Assembly: GCA_024655945.1 (NCBI GenBank)
Contig: JANLFK010000004.1
Coordinates: 545 to 64,544, forward strand
Length of the DNA stretch: 64,000 nt
Origin: Candidatus Zhuqueibacterota bacterium
Lineage (GTDB): Bacteria > Zhuqueibacterota > Zhuqueibacteria > JANLFK01 > Oleimicrobiaceae
Direction of reading: 5' to 3'
In this document: positions 29,306 to 39,520 of the stretch, piece after piece
How the letters are laid out: the number at the start of each line of letters is the position of its first letter
How positions within the stretch are numbered: position 1 is the first letter of the stretch
Notes under the pieces: model-generated
Database searches by the model: none
What the model saw: the letters and a program-made list of their open reading frames with translations, nothing else
What the model was told of the DNA's origin: nothing
Made by a program: the position numbers and the translations under genes

Positions 29306-30223
29306 CTAACAGCCGTTCTGCGGCCGCTTGCGATCAGTTGCGTCCCCGGCCCTGCTGCGAAAATGCTGTAGCCAGCGGGCAGCCATCTCGTCGCGGCCCG
29401 CCAGCAGGTCGCATGCCAGCACCGCCTTGATGACCTCGGGTCGCGTTGGGTCGACGATGGGGCAGTTGACGCCCATGGCAATGGCCATGACCAGCATGCT
29501 CAAGTTGAGCGCAGCGCGATCCGGCAGGCCGAAGGAGGTGTTGCTCACTCCTAAGGTCAGATTGGTGCCCAAATGCTCCCGGATCAACCGCGCCGTCTCC
29601 AGCGTGACTGCGGCAGCTCGCGTGTCGGTGCTCACGGGCAGAGCAAGCGGGTCGAGGATAACATCGGCCAGCGGGATGCCAAAGGCTACGGCCCGGTCGA
29701 CGATCTTTTCGGCGACCTGCAGCCGGCGGCGCGGTTCGGAGCTAATCCCCTCCTCGTCATAGCACAGGCCAATCACCGCAGCGCCATGGCGCATAGCCAG
29801 AGGAAGGATGGTCTCCAAGGCCTGCCTCTCGCCGGTGGTGGAGTTGACGATTACCTTGCCAGTGCAGACCGCCAGCGCTGCCTCCACGGCCTTAACATTG
29901 CCGCTGTCCAGCGACAGCGGGAGGTCAGTGCACTCCATTGCCGCCTGCACGGCAGCGGGCAGCAGCTCCACTTCGTTGACCCCGTCTGTGCCGACGTTGA
30001 TGTCGATGACCCCGGCCCCGGCAGCCGTCTGCTCTGCAGCCCAACGGCGCACGCTGGACAGGTCGCCGCGGCGCAGCTCCTCTGCAAACTGCTGCTTGCC
30101 CGTGGGGTTGATCTTCTCGCCGATGATTACCACCGGTTCTTGCCGACCGAGCACCACCGCGCGGCCTCCGGGGCGGCCGAGGACCGTGCGCAGGGGAGAT
30201 CTAATGTCGCCGCTCCTTAGCAC
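29306..30223 (-). CDS. pterin-binding methyltransferase of the MeTr/AcsE/MtrH family (methyltetrahydrofolate:corrinoid methyltransferase-like)
   Basis: VIIGEKINPTGKQ, DINVG, PLSLDS, IVNS, LGVSNTSFGLP motifs characteristic of the pterin-binding TIM barrel. Confidence 0.6.
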   Translation of the reverse strand: MLRSGDIRSPLRTVLGRPGGRAVVLGRQEPVVIIGEKINPTGKQQFAEELRRGDLSSVRRWAAEQTAAGAGVIDINVGTDGVNEVELLPAAVQAAMECTDLPLSLDSGNVKAVEAALAVCTGKVIVNSTTGERQALETILPLAMRHGAAVIGLCYDEEGISSEPRRRLQVAEKIVDRAVAFGIPLADVILDPLALPVSTDTRAAAVTLETARLIREHLGTNLTLGVSNTSFGLPDRAALNLSMLVMAIAMGVNCPIVDPTRPEVIKAVLACDLLAGRDEMAARWLQHFRSRAGDATDRKRPQNGC

Positions 30224-30466
30224 GTCACCCCTCGCCGTGTTCCTTGGCTCCCGGCAACCCTCCCATGAGGCGTCGCGACAAGGCGAAGATCTGGCCCCAC
30301 AGGAAGGTGCGGCTCAGCCCCCGCGCGCACAGCGGGCTCACCCAACTGCCGCCAGGAAGCACCTGGCTGGCGATCTGCCCCGAGGCGCTGTACAGTGTTG
30401 GCTGAGTCCGCATAGAGAGCCCTGCCGATCAATCCTGAGGCGCCGCTGACCGCCATGTGCGTTGCC

Positions 30467-31180
30467 TCACGCATCCTCACCCTGTGGGCCACCATTGAGC
30501 ACCAGATGCGCTTCCCGGGCGAAGGTTTCCTCCCCGCGCACTGCTTCGTCGGGGGGCACTGCCGCCCGTCGCAGGTACGAGCGCGGATTGATGGCAGGAA
30601 AGAACTTGCGGGTCGTCTTCATGTAGCTGCGGTACTTCTCTCCGAAGCGCTCGATGAGCAAAGCCTCTTCTTTCCTCAGGCGCAGGGTCATCAACGAAAG
30701 GATGATGGCCGTCCCCATCAGCCCAATCCCCGCATTTTCCGAGACCAGGAAAGCTGCCACGAAGAGCAGCAGGTATGACGAATACATGGGGTGCCTGACC
30801 CAGCGGTACGGGCCTGTCTGCACCAGGGTGTGATGCGCCTTGGGCACGACGGAGGTGGTGAAGTTATTTCCCAAGGCGTGGTGCACCGACCAGAGGGCCA
30901 ACAGAGCCCCGAGGCCCAGCGCCAGCCCTGCCAGGCGTGCGGTCGCCGGCAGCGGAACGGTCATCCAGGATAGCCTCTGCGGGGCGAGGCAGTAGCACAG
31001 CGTCGCCAGAAGCAGCGGCACGCCGAAAAGGACTCGCACGACCGGTACCAGATTCCCCTCCGCTCGCAGAGGGGGCGGCTCTCTGAGCAGTCCCGCCCTC
31101 GCACGGTAGTAGAGGCGCATGACGCTGAGCAAGGTGAAGATGGTAAAGAAACCAACCCGGAAGAAGGAGGGTGAAGTCAT
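30467..31180 (-). CDS. isoprenylcysteine carboxyl methyltransferase (ICMT/PEMT) family membrane methyltransferase
   Basis: GPYRWVRHPMYSSYLL motif and 5-6 TM helices. Confidence 0.65.
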   Translation of the reverse strand: MTSPSFFRVGFFTIFTLLSVMRLYYRARAGLLREPPPLRAEGNLVPVVRVLFGVPLLLATLCYCLAPQRLSWMTVPLPATARLAGLALGLGALLALWSVHHALGNNFTTSVVPKAHHTLVQTGPYRWVRHPMYSSYLLLFVAAFLVSENAGIGLMGTAIILSLMTLRLRKEEALLIERFGEKYRSYMKTTRKFFPAINPRSYLRRAAVPPDEAVRGEETFAREAHLVLNGGPQGEDA

Positions 31181-31412
31181 ATTCGGGACTCTGCGAGTGG
31201 ATTGTGCACGTACCTGCGTCTCTTTTCACCGGTGGTGGCTGAGGTTGACGCGCACGGCAAGGCAGCGGCACGAGCCGATGTGCGCTCGCGGCGCGTCCGC
31301 ACCAGAGCAGTCGCCGTGTGCGAGTTCATCAGGCGCGGCTGGGGGCTCTTGGCCACTCTCCGCATCTCCAACTCGGGGAGCACCTTGCTGTCTCTTTTGC
31401 GGCAGTCTATGC

Positions 31413-32828
31413 TCATGAGAATTGCGCTGTGGTCACGGTCCCCAGCAGGGTACCCGGTGCCGACCCAGTGTGGAGCCGTCCCTGCACGCCGGTGGCGTCG
31501 TGGTATTGGGCCAGGACGTTCTGAAGCACGTCTTCGGTGTTGGCCGCCGCGGCCACGGCCACGGTTCCCCCTGCCCGGCGTCCCGTTGCTCTGGCCCCGT
31601 ACAGGCCTTGCACCGGCCCCCGCTCTTTGACCATGCTCACCAACAAGTCAGCTTCCCGGCTGGACAGGTTGCAGTCCCGGCGTGAGCTTTCGTGCGAGTC
31701 CAACATCAACCTGCCCACGCGTACCATGCGCTCGTCCAACTCGCCACCAGTGTCGCTCAGCAGGGCCAACATTTGCTCGGCGCGGCGATGCTCCATCAAC
31801 AGGTGCCCGGTGCAACTGCGCACGCGGTATGTTGCTGAGGGACTTACTGCCAGACGAGCGTCGGGCAGCCTGCCGTGGGTGGCGCGGAACCGCTTGCCGG
31901 TGACCTTGGCCGGCAGCAGGCGTCGGTACGAGGCGAAATCGGTCACGGGTATGTTGCAAAGGTAGCCGTCAAATGCCTGAGGTAACTGCTTGGCTTTGCG
32001 GGCGTGATCAAGAATGATTTTGGTGCCCATGCAAGCCGCAACCTGGGCTCGCGCATAGTGTTCGTTCTCAGCCGAGCTTCCCACCATGGTATTGAGTCCC
32101 ACAAAGCGAACCTCTTTCGGGATAGACACTCGCTTGATGATCTCCCCGGGCTGGCAGCGGATAGCCAGCACCTCGTGGCTGCTGCAAAGGCACACGGTGA
32201 GGTGGTCGGCGATGCTGGCGTCCATGCCCAACAGGCGCGTCTCCACGCGATGACACAGCGCGGGGACCTCTGCCGTGGGCATGTCGATATGAAAGAGGCG
32301 CATAATGCCCAAGGCAGCAGCACAGATCAGCGCCGAGGAAGAGCCGAGCGCCGCGCCCATGGGGATGGAACTCTGGATGCCGACGTTCACCCCGGCATCG
32401 AAACTCCCCAGCACCCGGCTGGAGACAAGCTCATAGAAGATGGCCGCGATGGCTGCGACCCATTCGCCGCGACGCTCTTTGGCAAACAGGGCGCGAACCG
32501 AACCCGGCCGGCTCTTCTCCGGCACACTCAATACCCGGTCCAAGTCCCATTCCACCGTCGAGGAGAGGCCGAACTCCTCTACCCCCAAGCTGCGCACCAG
32601 GACTCTCCGATCCAAGCGGCGTTGAACCCCCACCACGACGGCATCTGAGAGGGTGGTTTGCAGCACTACTGCGCCAAAGGCGGTAGTCAATCCCCCCATG
32701 AGCTCCAATCGCGCCGGGGCGTGGACGATGAATATGTCGCGGCGGGGCGCAAATATGCCCCCAAAGGAGCGCTTCATGGTCTCAATGAAGGCCTTCACCT
32801 CAACAGGGGGTTTCTGCTTTCCTAACAT
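31413..32828 (-). CDS. galactokinase-like GHMP-family sugar kinase (471 aa)
   Basis: HAPARLELMGGLTTAFG (galactokinase signature-like), GHMP motif PMGAALGSSSALICAAALG. Confidence 0.55.
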   Translation of the reverse strand: MLGKQKPPVEVKAFIETMKRSFGGIFAPRRDIFIVHAPARLELMGGLTTAFGAVVLQTTLSDAVVVGVQRRLDRRVLVRSLGVEEFGLSSTVEWDLDRVLSVPEKSRPGSVRALFAKERRGEWVAAIAAIFYELVSSRVLGSFDAGVNVGIQSSIPMGAALGSSSALICAAALGIMRLFHIDMPTAEVPALCHRVETRLLGMDASIADHLTVCLCSSHEVLAIRCQPGEIIKRVSIPKEVRFVGLNTMVGSSAENEHYARAQVAACMGTKIILDHARKAKQLPQAFDGYLCNIPVTDFASYRRLLPAKVTGKRFRATHGRLPDARLAVSPSATYRVRSCTGHLLMEHRRAEQMLALLSDTGGELDERMVRVGRLMLDSHESSRRDCNLSSREADLLVSMVKERGPVQGLYGARATGRRAGGTVAVAAAANTEDVLQNVLAQYHDATGVQGRLHTGSAPGTLLGTVTTAQFS

Positions 32829-33038
32829 ACGCTCCGCCGCGTGGCTATTCCCTTGCCTCTGACCCTATGTTCCAGGTTCCCCCTGGGCCAAGTTCGACTG
32901 CATGACTTTGCGCCTTCTGCCGCCGGCAAGCTATGCTGCCGCGCTGATACGTTGTCAACGCCTGTCTCTCTGCAGAGAAACAGGGAACGACAACCGGTTT
33001 GAGGACCTTCTCGCCGGTGCGGTTTTTTCCAGCATCGC

Positions 33039-33782
33039 TCACACCGGATTGGGCAAGTCGACGAACTCCACCTCCACGCCAAATTCTTGGGCGATTTGCT
33101 CACCGAGCACTTTGATCCCCAATCGCTCGGTGGCATAGTGGCCGGCTGCCACAAAGTGAATGCGGCTCTCTTTGGCCAAGTGCATGGCGGCCTCCACCGG
33201 CTCGCCAGTGATGAAGCAGTGCAAGTCCAAGTCGATCGCCTCCCGCAGATGCCGTGCGCCGCCGCCAGAGACTATGCCCACGGCCTCGACACTGGGTGGC
33301 CCGTAGTCGAAGATCAGCGGATTGCTTTCGTACAAGATCTTGACCTTGTTGAAAAGCACCCGCACATCCAGCGGTTCGGAGTACCTCCCCCAGTGGCCGA
33401 CCGTGGCGAAACGCTCCAAGCACATGAGGCCTAAGGCGCGCGCGGCCAGCGCGTTGTTGCCAAAGCCTGGATGACCGTCCAAGGGCAGATGGTAGGCGAC
33501 CAGCGAGATGTCGTTCGCCAGTAACACCGCCAGGCGCTTCTTCAGAAATCCTCTCACGGTTCTGCTGTCTTGGTCCCAGAAAAGTCCATGGTGGACGATG
33601 ACCATGTCGGCCTGCTTGGCTTCAGCCTGGCGGAATAGCTCAAGCGAGGCGGACACCCCGGTGACGATCTTGTTGACGTGGGGTGTGCCCTCGACCTGCA
33701 GACCCTGAGGGCAAGAGTCCTCGTAGGAGGCTGGCTCAAGAAGCTGGTCGAGATAGGCTACGATACGATCTCGCGCGACCAC
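33039..33782 (-). CDS. Nif3-family dinuclear metal-centre protein (YqfO/GTP cyclohydrolase 1 type 2-like)
   Basis: N-terminal IVAYLDQLLEP...SCPQGLQVEG and conserved His ladder VIVHHGLFW; 247 aa. Confidence 0.7.
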   Translation of the reverse strand: MVARDRIVAYLDQLLEPASYEDSCPQGLQVEGTPHVNKIVTGVSASLELFRQAEAKQADMVIVHHGLFWDQDSRTVRGFLKKRLAVLLANDISLVAYHLPLDGHPGFGNNALAARALGLMCLERFATVGHWGRYSEPLDVRVLFNKVKILYESNPLIFDYGPPSVEAVGIVSGGGARHLREAIDLDLHCFITGEPVEAAMHLAKESRIHFVAAGHYATERLGIKVLGEQIAQEFGVEVEFVDLPNPV

Positions 33783-34074
33783 CTTTGGTTCTCCTTAGCC
33801 AATGCGTTGCCTCGCTGGCGGAAGTGCCCGTGCAACATGGGTCAAGCCAATGTCCTTTTCATGCCGGCGGGCGAGCCGGCATGAACTGCTGCGCACGATG
33901 TGGCTCTGAGGTCTGCGGTCAGATTCGCGCTTGTCCTCTCAAAGGGTAGAAACCACCCGCAGCCAGCTCGCTTCACCACCTCCCTGTCCACAGCCCGTGA
34001 TTTCTTGCCCGCATTGCTCCGGGTCCAGCCAGGTCAAGCGAGCAGCTCCTCTGGCTGCCGAGACAGTGCTCCGT

Positions 34075-34653
34075 TCAGTACCTGTTGTGGTGCATGACCT
34101 CCTGCAGTGCCCGCTTGGGCACGTGCAAGACTCCGTTCTCGTCGCGCCAGTACTTGACCGAGTCTTGGAGCAGCTCAACCTGCGGAGTTTCTGCCGGATA
34201 ACCAAGGGCAAGCACGGAGTCGATCTCACAGTGCGCCGGAACGGCCAGTGCTTCGCGTACCCTCGGGCGGTCAACTGACCCGATCCAACAGGCACCTATG
34301 CCAAGCTCTAAGGCAGTCAAAATCATGCTCATGATGGCGGCACCCGCATCGTGTTCGCCGCCTTGCTGCCGGCGTTCGCGATTGAGAAGTACGACCACAT
34401 ATGCGGTCGGTCGTTGCCCCGGGGGAGGGGGTCCCTGCTCAGGCGGCAGGTAGCCTGCCCATTTGGTACACGAAAACAACAACTCCACAAGCTGGGGGTC
34501 ATCCACAACCACAAACTCACAAGGCTGGAGGTTGGCTCCGCTCGGAGCCAAGCGGGCGGCGTCCACGATCCTCTCGAGTGCTGAGAAGGGCACCGGCTCT
34601 GGTTCGAAGCGCCGAATGGTGCGCCGGCGCACAATGAGTTCATAGACTCCCAT
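34075..34653 (-). CDS. nitroreductase-family protein
   Basis: RRTIRRFEPEPVP ... LAPSGANLQP motif, 192 aa. Confidence 0.7.
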   Translation of the reverse strand: MGVYELIVRRRTIRRFEPEPVPFSALERIVDAARLAPSGANLQPCEFVVVDDPQLVELLFSCTKWAGYLPPEQGPPPPGQRPTAYVVVLLNRERRQQGGEHDAGAAIMSMILTALELGIGACWIGSVDRPRVREALAVPAHCEIDSVLALGYPAETPQVELLQDSVKYWRDENGVLHVPKRALQEVMHHNRY

Positions 34654-34829
34654 TCCGTCCTCGATTGCTTGCCCTGAGTGAGCACGAACGGCACGACCGG
34701 AACTTCATGCTGTAATTTAAGAGATTTTGCGGAAAAATCAAGCGAAAAGCCACTGCAACGTGGCAACGACTCGGAGAGCAGGACTCGATGCGGAGTCCGA
34801 AAAAAAATTGCCTTGCGCCAAAAAAGTGC

Positions 34830-34858
34830 TTGACGGGGCGAGGCGTTGTTCATATAGT
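34830..34858 (+). promoter_or_regulatory. sigma70-type promoter of the arsR operon (TTGACG-17 nt-TATAGT)
   Basis: -35 TTGACG 34830-34835, 17-nt spacer, -10 TATAGT 34853-34858, 43 nt upstream of arsR ATG. Confidence 0.55.
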
Positions 34859-34869
34859 TATGCTCAAAA

Positions 34870-34887
34870 ATGCATGAATGCATGAAT
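34870..34887 (+). promoter_or_regulatory. candidate ArsR-family operator: tandem ATGCATGA-ATGCATGA repeat with internal ATGCAT palindromes between promoter and RBS
   Basis: Sequence aaaaATGCATGAATGCATGAATcgagg sits between -10 and start codon, the usual position of ArsR/SmtB operators. Confidence 0.4.
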
Positions 34888-34900
34888 CGAGGACCAAGCC

Positions 34901-35215
34901 ATGGAGCCAATGTACGAGATGGCAGGGCGCCTGCTCAGCTCGCTGGCACATCCGAACCGCCTGATGATACTTGACCTTCTGCGGGACGGCCCCAAATGCG
35001 TCTGCGAGCTACAGGTTGCCCTGCGGATCGAGCAGTCGAACCTCTCCCGCCATCTCAAGGTCATGGCCCAGGAGGGGCTCATTGCTCCGCAGCGCGTGGG
35101 AACGCGGTCGTACTACCGCATTGCAGAGCCGCAGGTGTGGGCCTTGCGGAACACGGCCGCCGAAATCGTCAAGAGGCGGCTGGCTCGCTTGGCCAAGATG
35201 ATTGAAGCCAAGTAG
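34901..35215 (+). CDS. arsR: ArsR/SmtB-family metalloregulatory transcription factor
   Basis: wHTH region LAHPNRLMILDLLRDGPKCVCELQVALRIEQSNLSRHLKVM with CVC metal-binding motif in helix 3. Confidence 0.8.
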   Translation: MEPMYEMAGRLLSSLAHPNRLMILDLLRDGPKCVCELQVALRIEQSNLSRHLKVMAQEGLIAPQRVGTRSYYRIAEPQVWALRNTAAEIVKRRLARLAKMIEAK

Positions 35216-35261
35216 CCGGCAACCCCATTGTCTCTCAGCTCGGTTTGGAAAAGGTCAGGAG

Positions 35262-35855
35262 ATGGAAGAGAGGAAGTCGATGGCCGGACTTCTCCCCTCG
35301 CGGCAGACGCTTGTCCAGGCGGCTCTGTTAGTCGTGCTCGCCGTCGTTGTTGGCCTGGCGTGGAATGTCCTGTGGCCAAAGGGGGTGGCGATTAGGCGCA
35401 CCCGTCCGCGGCCGCCCATTGAGACGCCTGCCCCGGAGGGCGAGACCGTCCTGTCGGACATTGCTCTCGGCGGCGGCGAGCCAGGCAGTGCCGCAGGGCC
35501 TCGGTTGTACTATGTAACGCTGAGCCAGCTGGATACGCTGCGCGCGAAACCGGGCGTGGTGTTGCTTGATGCCCGGGCTGCGGAGAGCTTCGCGAGGGCG
35601 CACATCCCCGGCGCGGTCAGCCTGCCAGCGGACGAGGTGTGGCAACACTCTGCACAGGTCGCCAAGCTCGCCCAAGCGCAGCTGGCGCTGATTTACTGCG
35701 ACGACCCCCGCTGCGACATGGCCGAACGCCTGGCAGATGAACTTCTGGCGCATGGCTTGAGAGCAATTGCCATCTATGGCGATGGCCTGCGTGGCTGGAT
35801 GGGGGCCGGGCGGCCAGTGGCCCGCGGAGACCTGGCAGAGGGAGGGCGAGAATGA
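35262..35855 (+). CDS. membrane-anchored rhodanese-domain sulfurtransferase
   Basis: N-terminal TM helix, rhodanese fold with active-site loop YCDDPRCDMAE; RBS aggag 6 nt before ATG 35262; stop overlaps next start (ATGA). Confidence 0.7.
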   Translation: MEERKSMAGLLPSRQTLVQAALLVVLAVVVGLAWNVLWPKGVAIRRTRPRPPIETPAPEGETVLSDIALGGGEPGSAAGPRLYYVTLSQLDTLRAKPGVVLLDARAAESFARAHIPGAVSLPADEVWQHSAQVAKLAQAQLALIYCDDPRCDMAERLADELLAHGLRAIAIYGDGLRGWMGAGRPVARGDLAEGGRE

Positions 35856-36289
35856 AGTGGTGGCTTCCGTATCTCGCAGTGCGCATCGTGCTGGGCATTA
35901 TCTTCGTATATGCGGCGGTGGGCAAGATTGCCGATCCTGCGGAATTCGTCCGCGACGTGGACAACTACCGCTTACTGCCCTACCTTGCCGTGGCTCTGAC
36001 TGCCGCGATTCTCCCCTGGCTGGAGCTCTTGTGTGGCATCGGCCTGATCATAGGGCGATGGACAAGGGGGAGCGCGTTCTTGGTGGCGGTGATGTTGGTG
36101 GTCTTCTTGGCCGGCCTGATTTCGGCTCTGGCGCGGGGCTTGGATATCGATTGCGGCTGCTTCAGCTTGGGGAGCGAAGCCAGCAAGGTGAGCCTGTACC
36201 GCGTCCTCGAGGACGTGCTCATGTTGGCTGCTGCTGTGTGGATCTGGCGCAGGGAGGAGAGTGCAGCTCCGGGTCGCGCGAGCGGGTAA
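35852..36289 (+). CDS. DoxX/MauE-like membrane protein
   Basis: 4 TM helices, LAVRIVLGIIFVYAAVGKIADP DoxX-like N-terminus. Confidence 0.6.
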   Translation: MKWWLPYLAVRIVLGIIFVYAAVGKIADPAEFVRDVDNYRLLPYLAVALTAAILPWLELLCGIGLIIGRWTRGSAFLVAVMLVVFLAGLISALARGLDIDCGCFSLGSEASKVSLYRVLEDVLMLAAAVWIWRREESAAPGRASG

Positions 36290-36331
36290 GATGCATGACT
36301 GCCATTGCCGTAGGACTGTGGAGAATGAGGA

Positions 36332-37632
36332 ATGGACTGGAAAAGAGAGTGGCGCACGTCGGTGCCTATTGTCGCAGGTTTCCTGGTCTGTTTTTACCTG
36401 CCTGTGGGGGCACCCCGCTTCGATAGGGCCATTAGCGAAGCGTTGCACCTGGTGAAGTGGTACGCGCGGGAACACGTCGTCCTCTGCTTGGTCCCTGCCT
36501 TCTTCATTGCCGGTGCCATCGCCGTGTTCGTGAGCAAGGAGTCGGTGATGCGTTACCTGGGGGCGCGGGCCAACAGGGTGCTGGCCTACGGTGTCGCCTC
36601 GGTGTCGGGGAGCATCCTGGCGGTGTGCTCCTGCACGGTGCTACCCTTATTTGCGGGGATCTATCGCATGGGCGCCGGTCTGGGTCCGGCAACCACTTTT
36701 CTCTACTCGGGGCCGGCCATCAACGTCCTGGCCATCGAGTTGACGGCACGCATTCTCGGCCTGCAACTGGGGATCGCCAGAGCGGTCGGCGCAGTGCTGT
36801 TCAGCATCGTCATCGGCCTGCTGATGCATCTCTTCTTCCGCAAGGAGGAGCTGGCGAAAGAAGAGGCGCAGATGCTGTTGCCAACGCCAGCAGCCAAACG
36901 CCCGCTGTGGCAAACAGCTCCCTTTTTCGCCTTGATGGTGGCGATTCTGGTGTTCGCCAACTGGGGCAAGCCGGTGCAGGCCGTTGGCTTTTGGGCGGGC
37001 ATCTACGGCGTGAAGTGGCTCTTGACCGGACTTGCTGCAGCCGCGCTGACCGTGGTGTTGGTGACGTGGTTTTACCTCAGATGGTGGAAACTGCTGTTGG
37101 TAGCTGGCGCCACGGTGGCTGCCGCCTTTTCGGCGCCGCACACGCCGACGGTTCCTTTTGGCGTCGGCGTGGTGGGGCTGTCCATCCTGACCAGCCGCGA
37201 CGATGGTGAGGCCGGCGAATGGTTCGCTTCCACGTGGGGCTATGCCAAGCAGATCCTGCCTCTCTTGTTCTTCGGGGTGCTCATTGCTGGGGGGCTGCTG
37301 GGCCGCCCTGGTCAAGAGAGGGGCTGATCCCGTCGCGATGGGTGAGCCAGCTGGTGGGCGGCAACTCCCTGGGTGCCAACTTGTTCGCCTCGGTGGTTGG
37401 AGCGTTCATGTACTTTGCCACGCTCACCGAGGTGCCCATCCTGCAGGGACTGATTGGCAACGGGATGGGCCAGGGGCCAGCATTAGCGCTGCTTCTGGCG
37501 GGGCCGGCGCTCTCGTTGCCAAGCATGCTCGTCATGCACAGCATCATGGGCACGAAGAAAACGGCGGCCTTCGTTCTCCTTGTGGTGGTCATGGCAACCA
37601 TCACGGGCATGCTGTTCGGTGCCCTGGTGTAG
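36332..37632 (+). CDS. DUF318 (YraQ/ArsP-like) permease; reading frame broken by a single indel near 37300-37312
   Basis: ORF 36332..37327 (N-half, CSC motif SILAVCSCTVLPLFAG) and ORF 37219..37632 (C-half, GQGPALALLLAGPALSLPSM) are halves of one DUF318 permease in different frames. Confidence 0.6.
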
Positions 37633-37845
37633 GGCTGGGGAGGTTGAAAAGCCTCTCCCCAGGCTTCGCAGACAGAGCAGAGCGAAGAGCAGGCCGTGCC
37701 TGCGCCTAGCCGCAGGCTTGGGAAGCAGCCCACAGAAGTGGAGGCCGTGCCTTGACAGGGGAACAGACGGGGCGCATGCATGGTTTACTCTGTCAATTGG
37801 CTTGTTGTTTTTGTGTGGAACTAACCTTAGACAGAGGAAGACGCT

Positions 37846-38202
37846 ATGAAGAAGGCGGTTTTGGTCTGTACGTGCAGCTTTGCCTGCCCGAGCATGAAGG
37901 ACATCAACTTCGGCGAGCTGAGTGAGCGTATCCGCATGGAGCTGCCTCAGGACTATCTGGTGCTCTATCCCCGCATCTGCGAGGCGAACGGCGAGAGCTT
38001 GCTTGAAGACCTCCTCAAGCCTGGGGTGAAGTACATCACCCTCGCCTGCAAGGAAGAAAAGCAGAAGAAACTCTTGCGTGACGGATTTGCGCGCGCCGGG
38101 GTGCCCATGGACGACAACTGGAAACCGATCAGCATCTCCTTTAAGACGACTGAGCAGGCGCTGACGGAGCTGGCCAAGGCATTGGAAGAGGAGGAGAAGT
38201 GA
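37846..38202 (+). CDS. hypothetical cytoplasmic Cys-containing protein (118 aa, N-terminal CxCxxxCP)
   Basis: Good RBS gaggaagacgct-ATG; motif VLVCTCSFACP; translationally coupled (GTGA overlap) to downstream ferredoxin. Confidence 0.45.
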   Translation: MKKAVLVCTCSFACPSMKDINFGELSERIRMELPQDYLVLYPRICEANGESLLEDLLKPGVKYITLACKEEKQKKLLRDGFARAGVPMDDNWKPISISFKTTEQALTELAKALEEEEK

Positions 38203-38486
38203 GCCAAACCTACATGAACATCCCGCGGCAGGAGATCCCCTGGTATCCGACGATTGACCAGGAGGCTTGTACCGCATGCGGAAACTGCGTGGACTTTTGC
38301 GCGAACGGCGTTTTTGCGCAAAAAGAGGACTGCGTGGAAGTGGTCAATCCCTACAACTGCGTGGTGGGATGCGACGCCTGTGCCAAGGACTGCCCTTCTG
38401 GGGCCCTTCATTTTCCCAGCAAGGAGGAGCTGGTGCAGAAGCTGCGTGAGCTTCGTGAGGCCTACGCCGAGAAGGCGGGACGGTAG
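38199..38486 (+). CDS. 2x[4Fe-4S] ferredoxin
   Basis: Two cluster motifs CTACGNCVDFC and CVVGCDACAKDCP. Confidence 0.8.
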   Translation: MSQTYMNIPRQEIPWYPTIDQEACTACGNCVDFCANGVFAQKEDCVEVVNPYNCVVGCDACAKDCPSGALHFPSKEELVQKLRELREAYAEKAGR

Positions 38487-38755
38487 ATGGCCTTTACGGC
38501 AGTGCCTCGGGGAACCACGGTGAGCGCGGACTTGCCCTCACCGTGTGTTCCCTTTGTCTGTCCGGGACTTCTTGCCACGTCAGCGTTCAGCTCAAGTCAT
38601 GGGCAGGGCGGAGACAGAACTGGCTGGTCGCCACTCGGATATAGTTCGAGGAGCTGTAACAGACGAGCTGCTAAGGGCCGCACGGCTGGTGGCCAAGTCG
38701 TTTTGGGCACCCGCGGCCCGGCGTCGGTTTATCAGGCCAAAGGGCCTATGCGAGC

Positions 38756-39520
38756 ATGAAGGGAGCTCTCGGCATGGGCAACTTGCTCGAGATACGTCAG
38801 CTGAACCTGGCCTTCGACGGGCGGCCGATTTTGCGTGACTTGACCCTCGACATCAGGAGGGGAGAAGTGCACAGCATTCTCGGCATGAACGGCACGGGCA
38901 AGTCTACCTTGGCCTACGCCATCATGGGACTGAGTGGCTACCGGCCGCAGTCCGGCACGATCGTCTTCGCAGGCGAGGAGATCACCCACCTGCCGGTGGC
39001 GGAGCGTGCGAAGCGAGGCATCACCTTGGCATGGCAGGAGCCGGCCCGCTTTGAGGGCCTCAGCGTGGCGGAATACTTGCGCATCAGTGGCCGGGCCAAC
39101 AATGGCGCACTCGGCGCGGCAGAATGCGTGCGCATGGTCGGCTTGAACCCTGAGCGGTATCTGTCGCGGATGGTGGACAACACCTTGAGCGGCGGCGAGC
39201 GCAAGCGCATTGAGCTGGCCTCGGTATTGGCCATGCAGCCCAAACTGGTCATTCTGGACGAGCCCGATTCCGGCATCGACGCCCTGTCCATCGACTACAT
39301 CGTGGATGACATTCGGGCCTTTGTGCGCCACGGGGCATCGGTTTTGCTCATCACCCACCACGAGGAGGTGGCGCGCATGGCGGACAGGGCCTCGTCTCTG
39401 TGCGGAGGCACCATCCTGAAGACCGGCCTCCCGGAAGAGGTGGCACGCTTTTTCCGCAATCACTGCCGCGAGTGTCCCCACGTGAACCAGCCGGAAGAGG
39501 AGATCTACCGCAATGATTGA
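38756..39520 (+). CDS. sufC: Fe-S cluster assembly ATPase SufC
   Basis: Walker A GMNGTGKST, ABC signature LSGGERKR, Walker B VILDEPDSGID, H-loop ITHH; no TM domain, 254 aa. Confidence 0.85.
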   Translation: MKGALGMGNLLEIRQLNLAFDGRPILRDLTLDIRRGEVHSILGMNGTGKSTLAYAIMGLSGYRPQSGTIVFAGEEITHLPVAERAKRGITLAWQEPARFEGLSVAEYLRISGRANNGALGAAECVRMVGLNPERYLSRMVDNTLSGGERKRIELASVLAMQPKLVILDEPDSGIDALSIDYIVDDIRAFVRHGASVLLITHHEEVARMADRASSLCGGTILKTGLPEEVARFFRNHCRECPHVNQPEEEIYRND

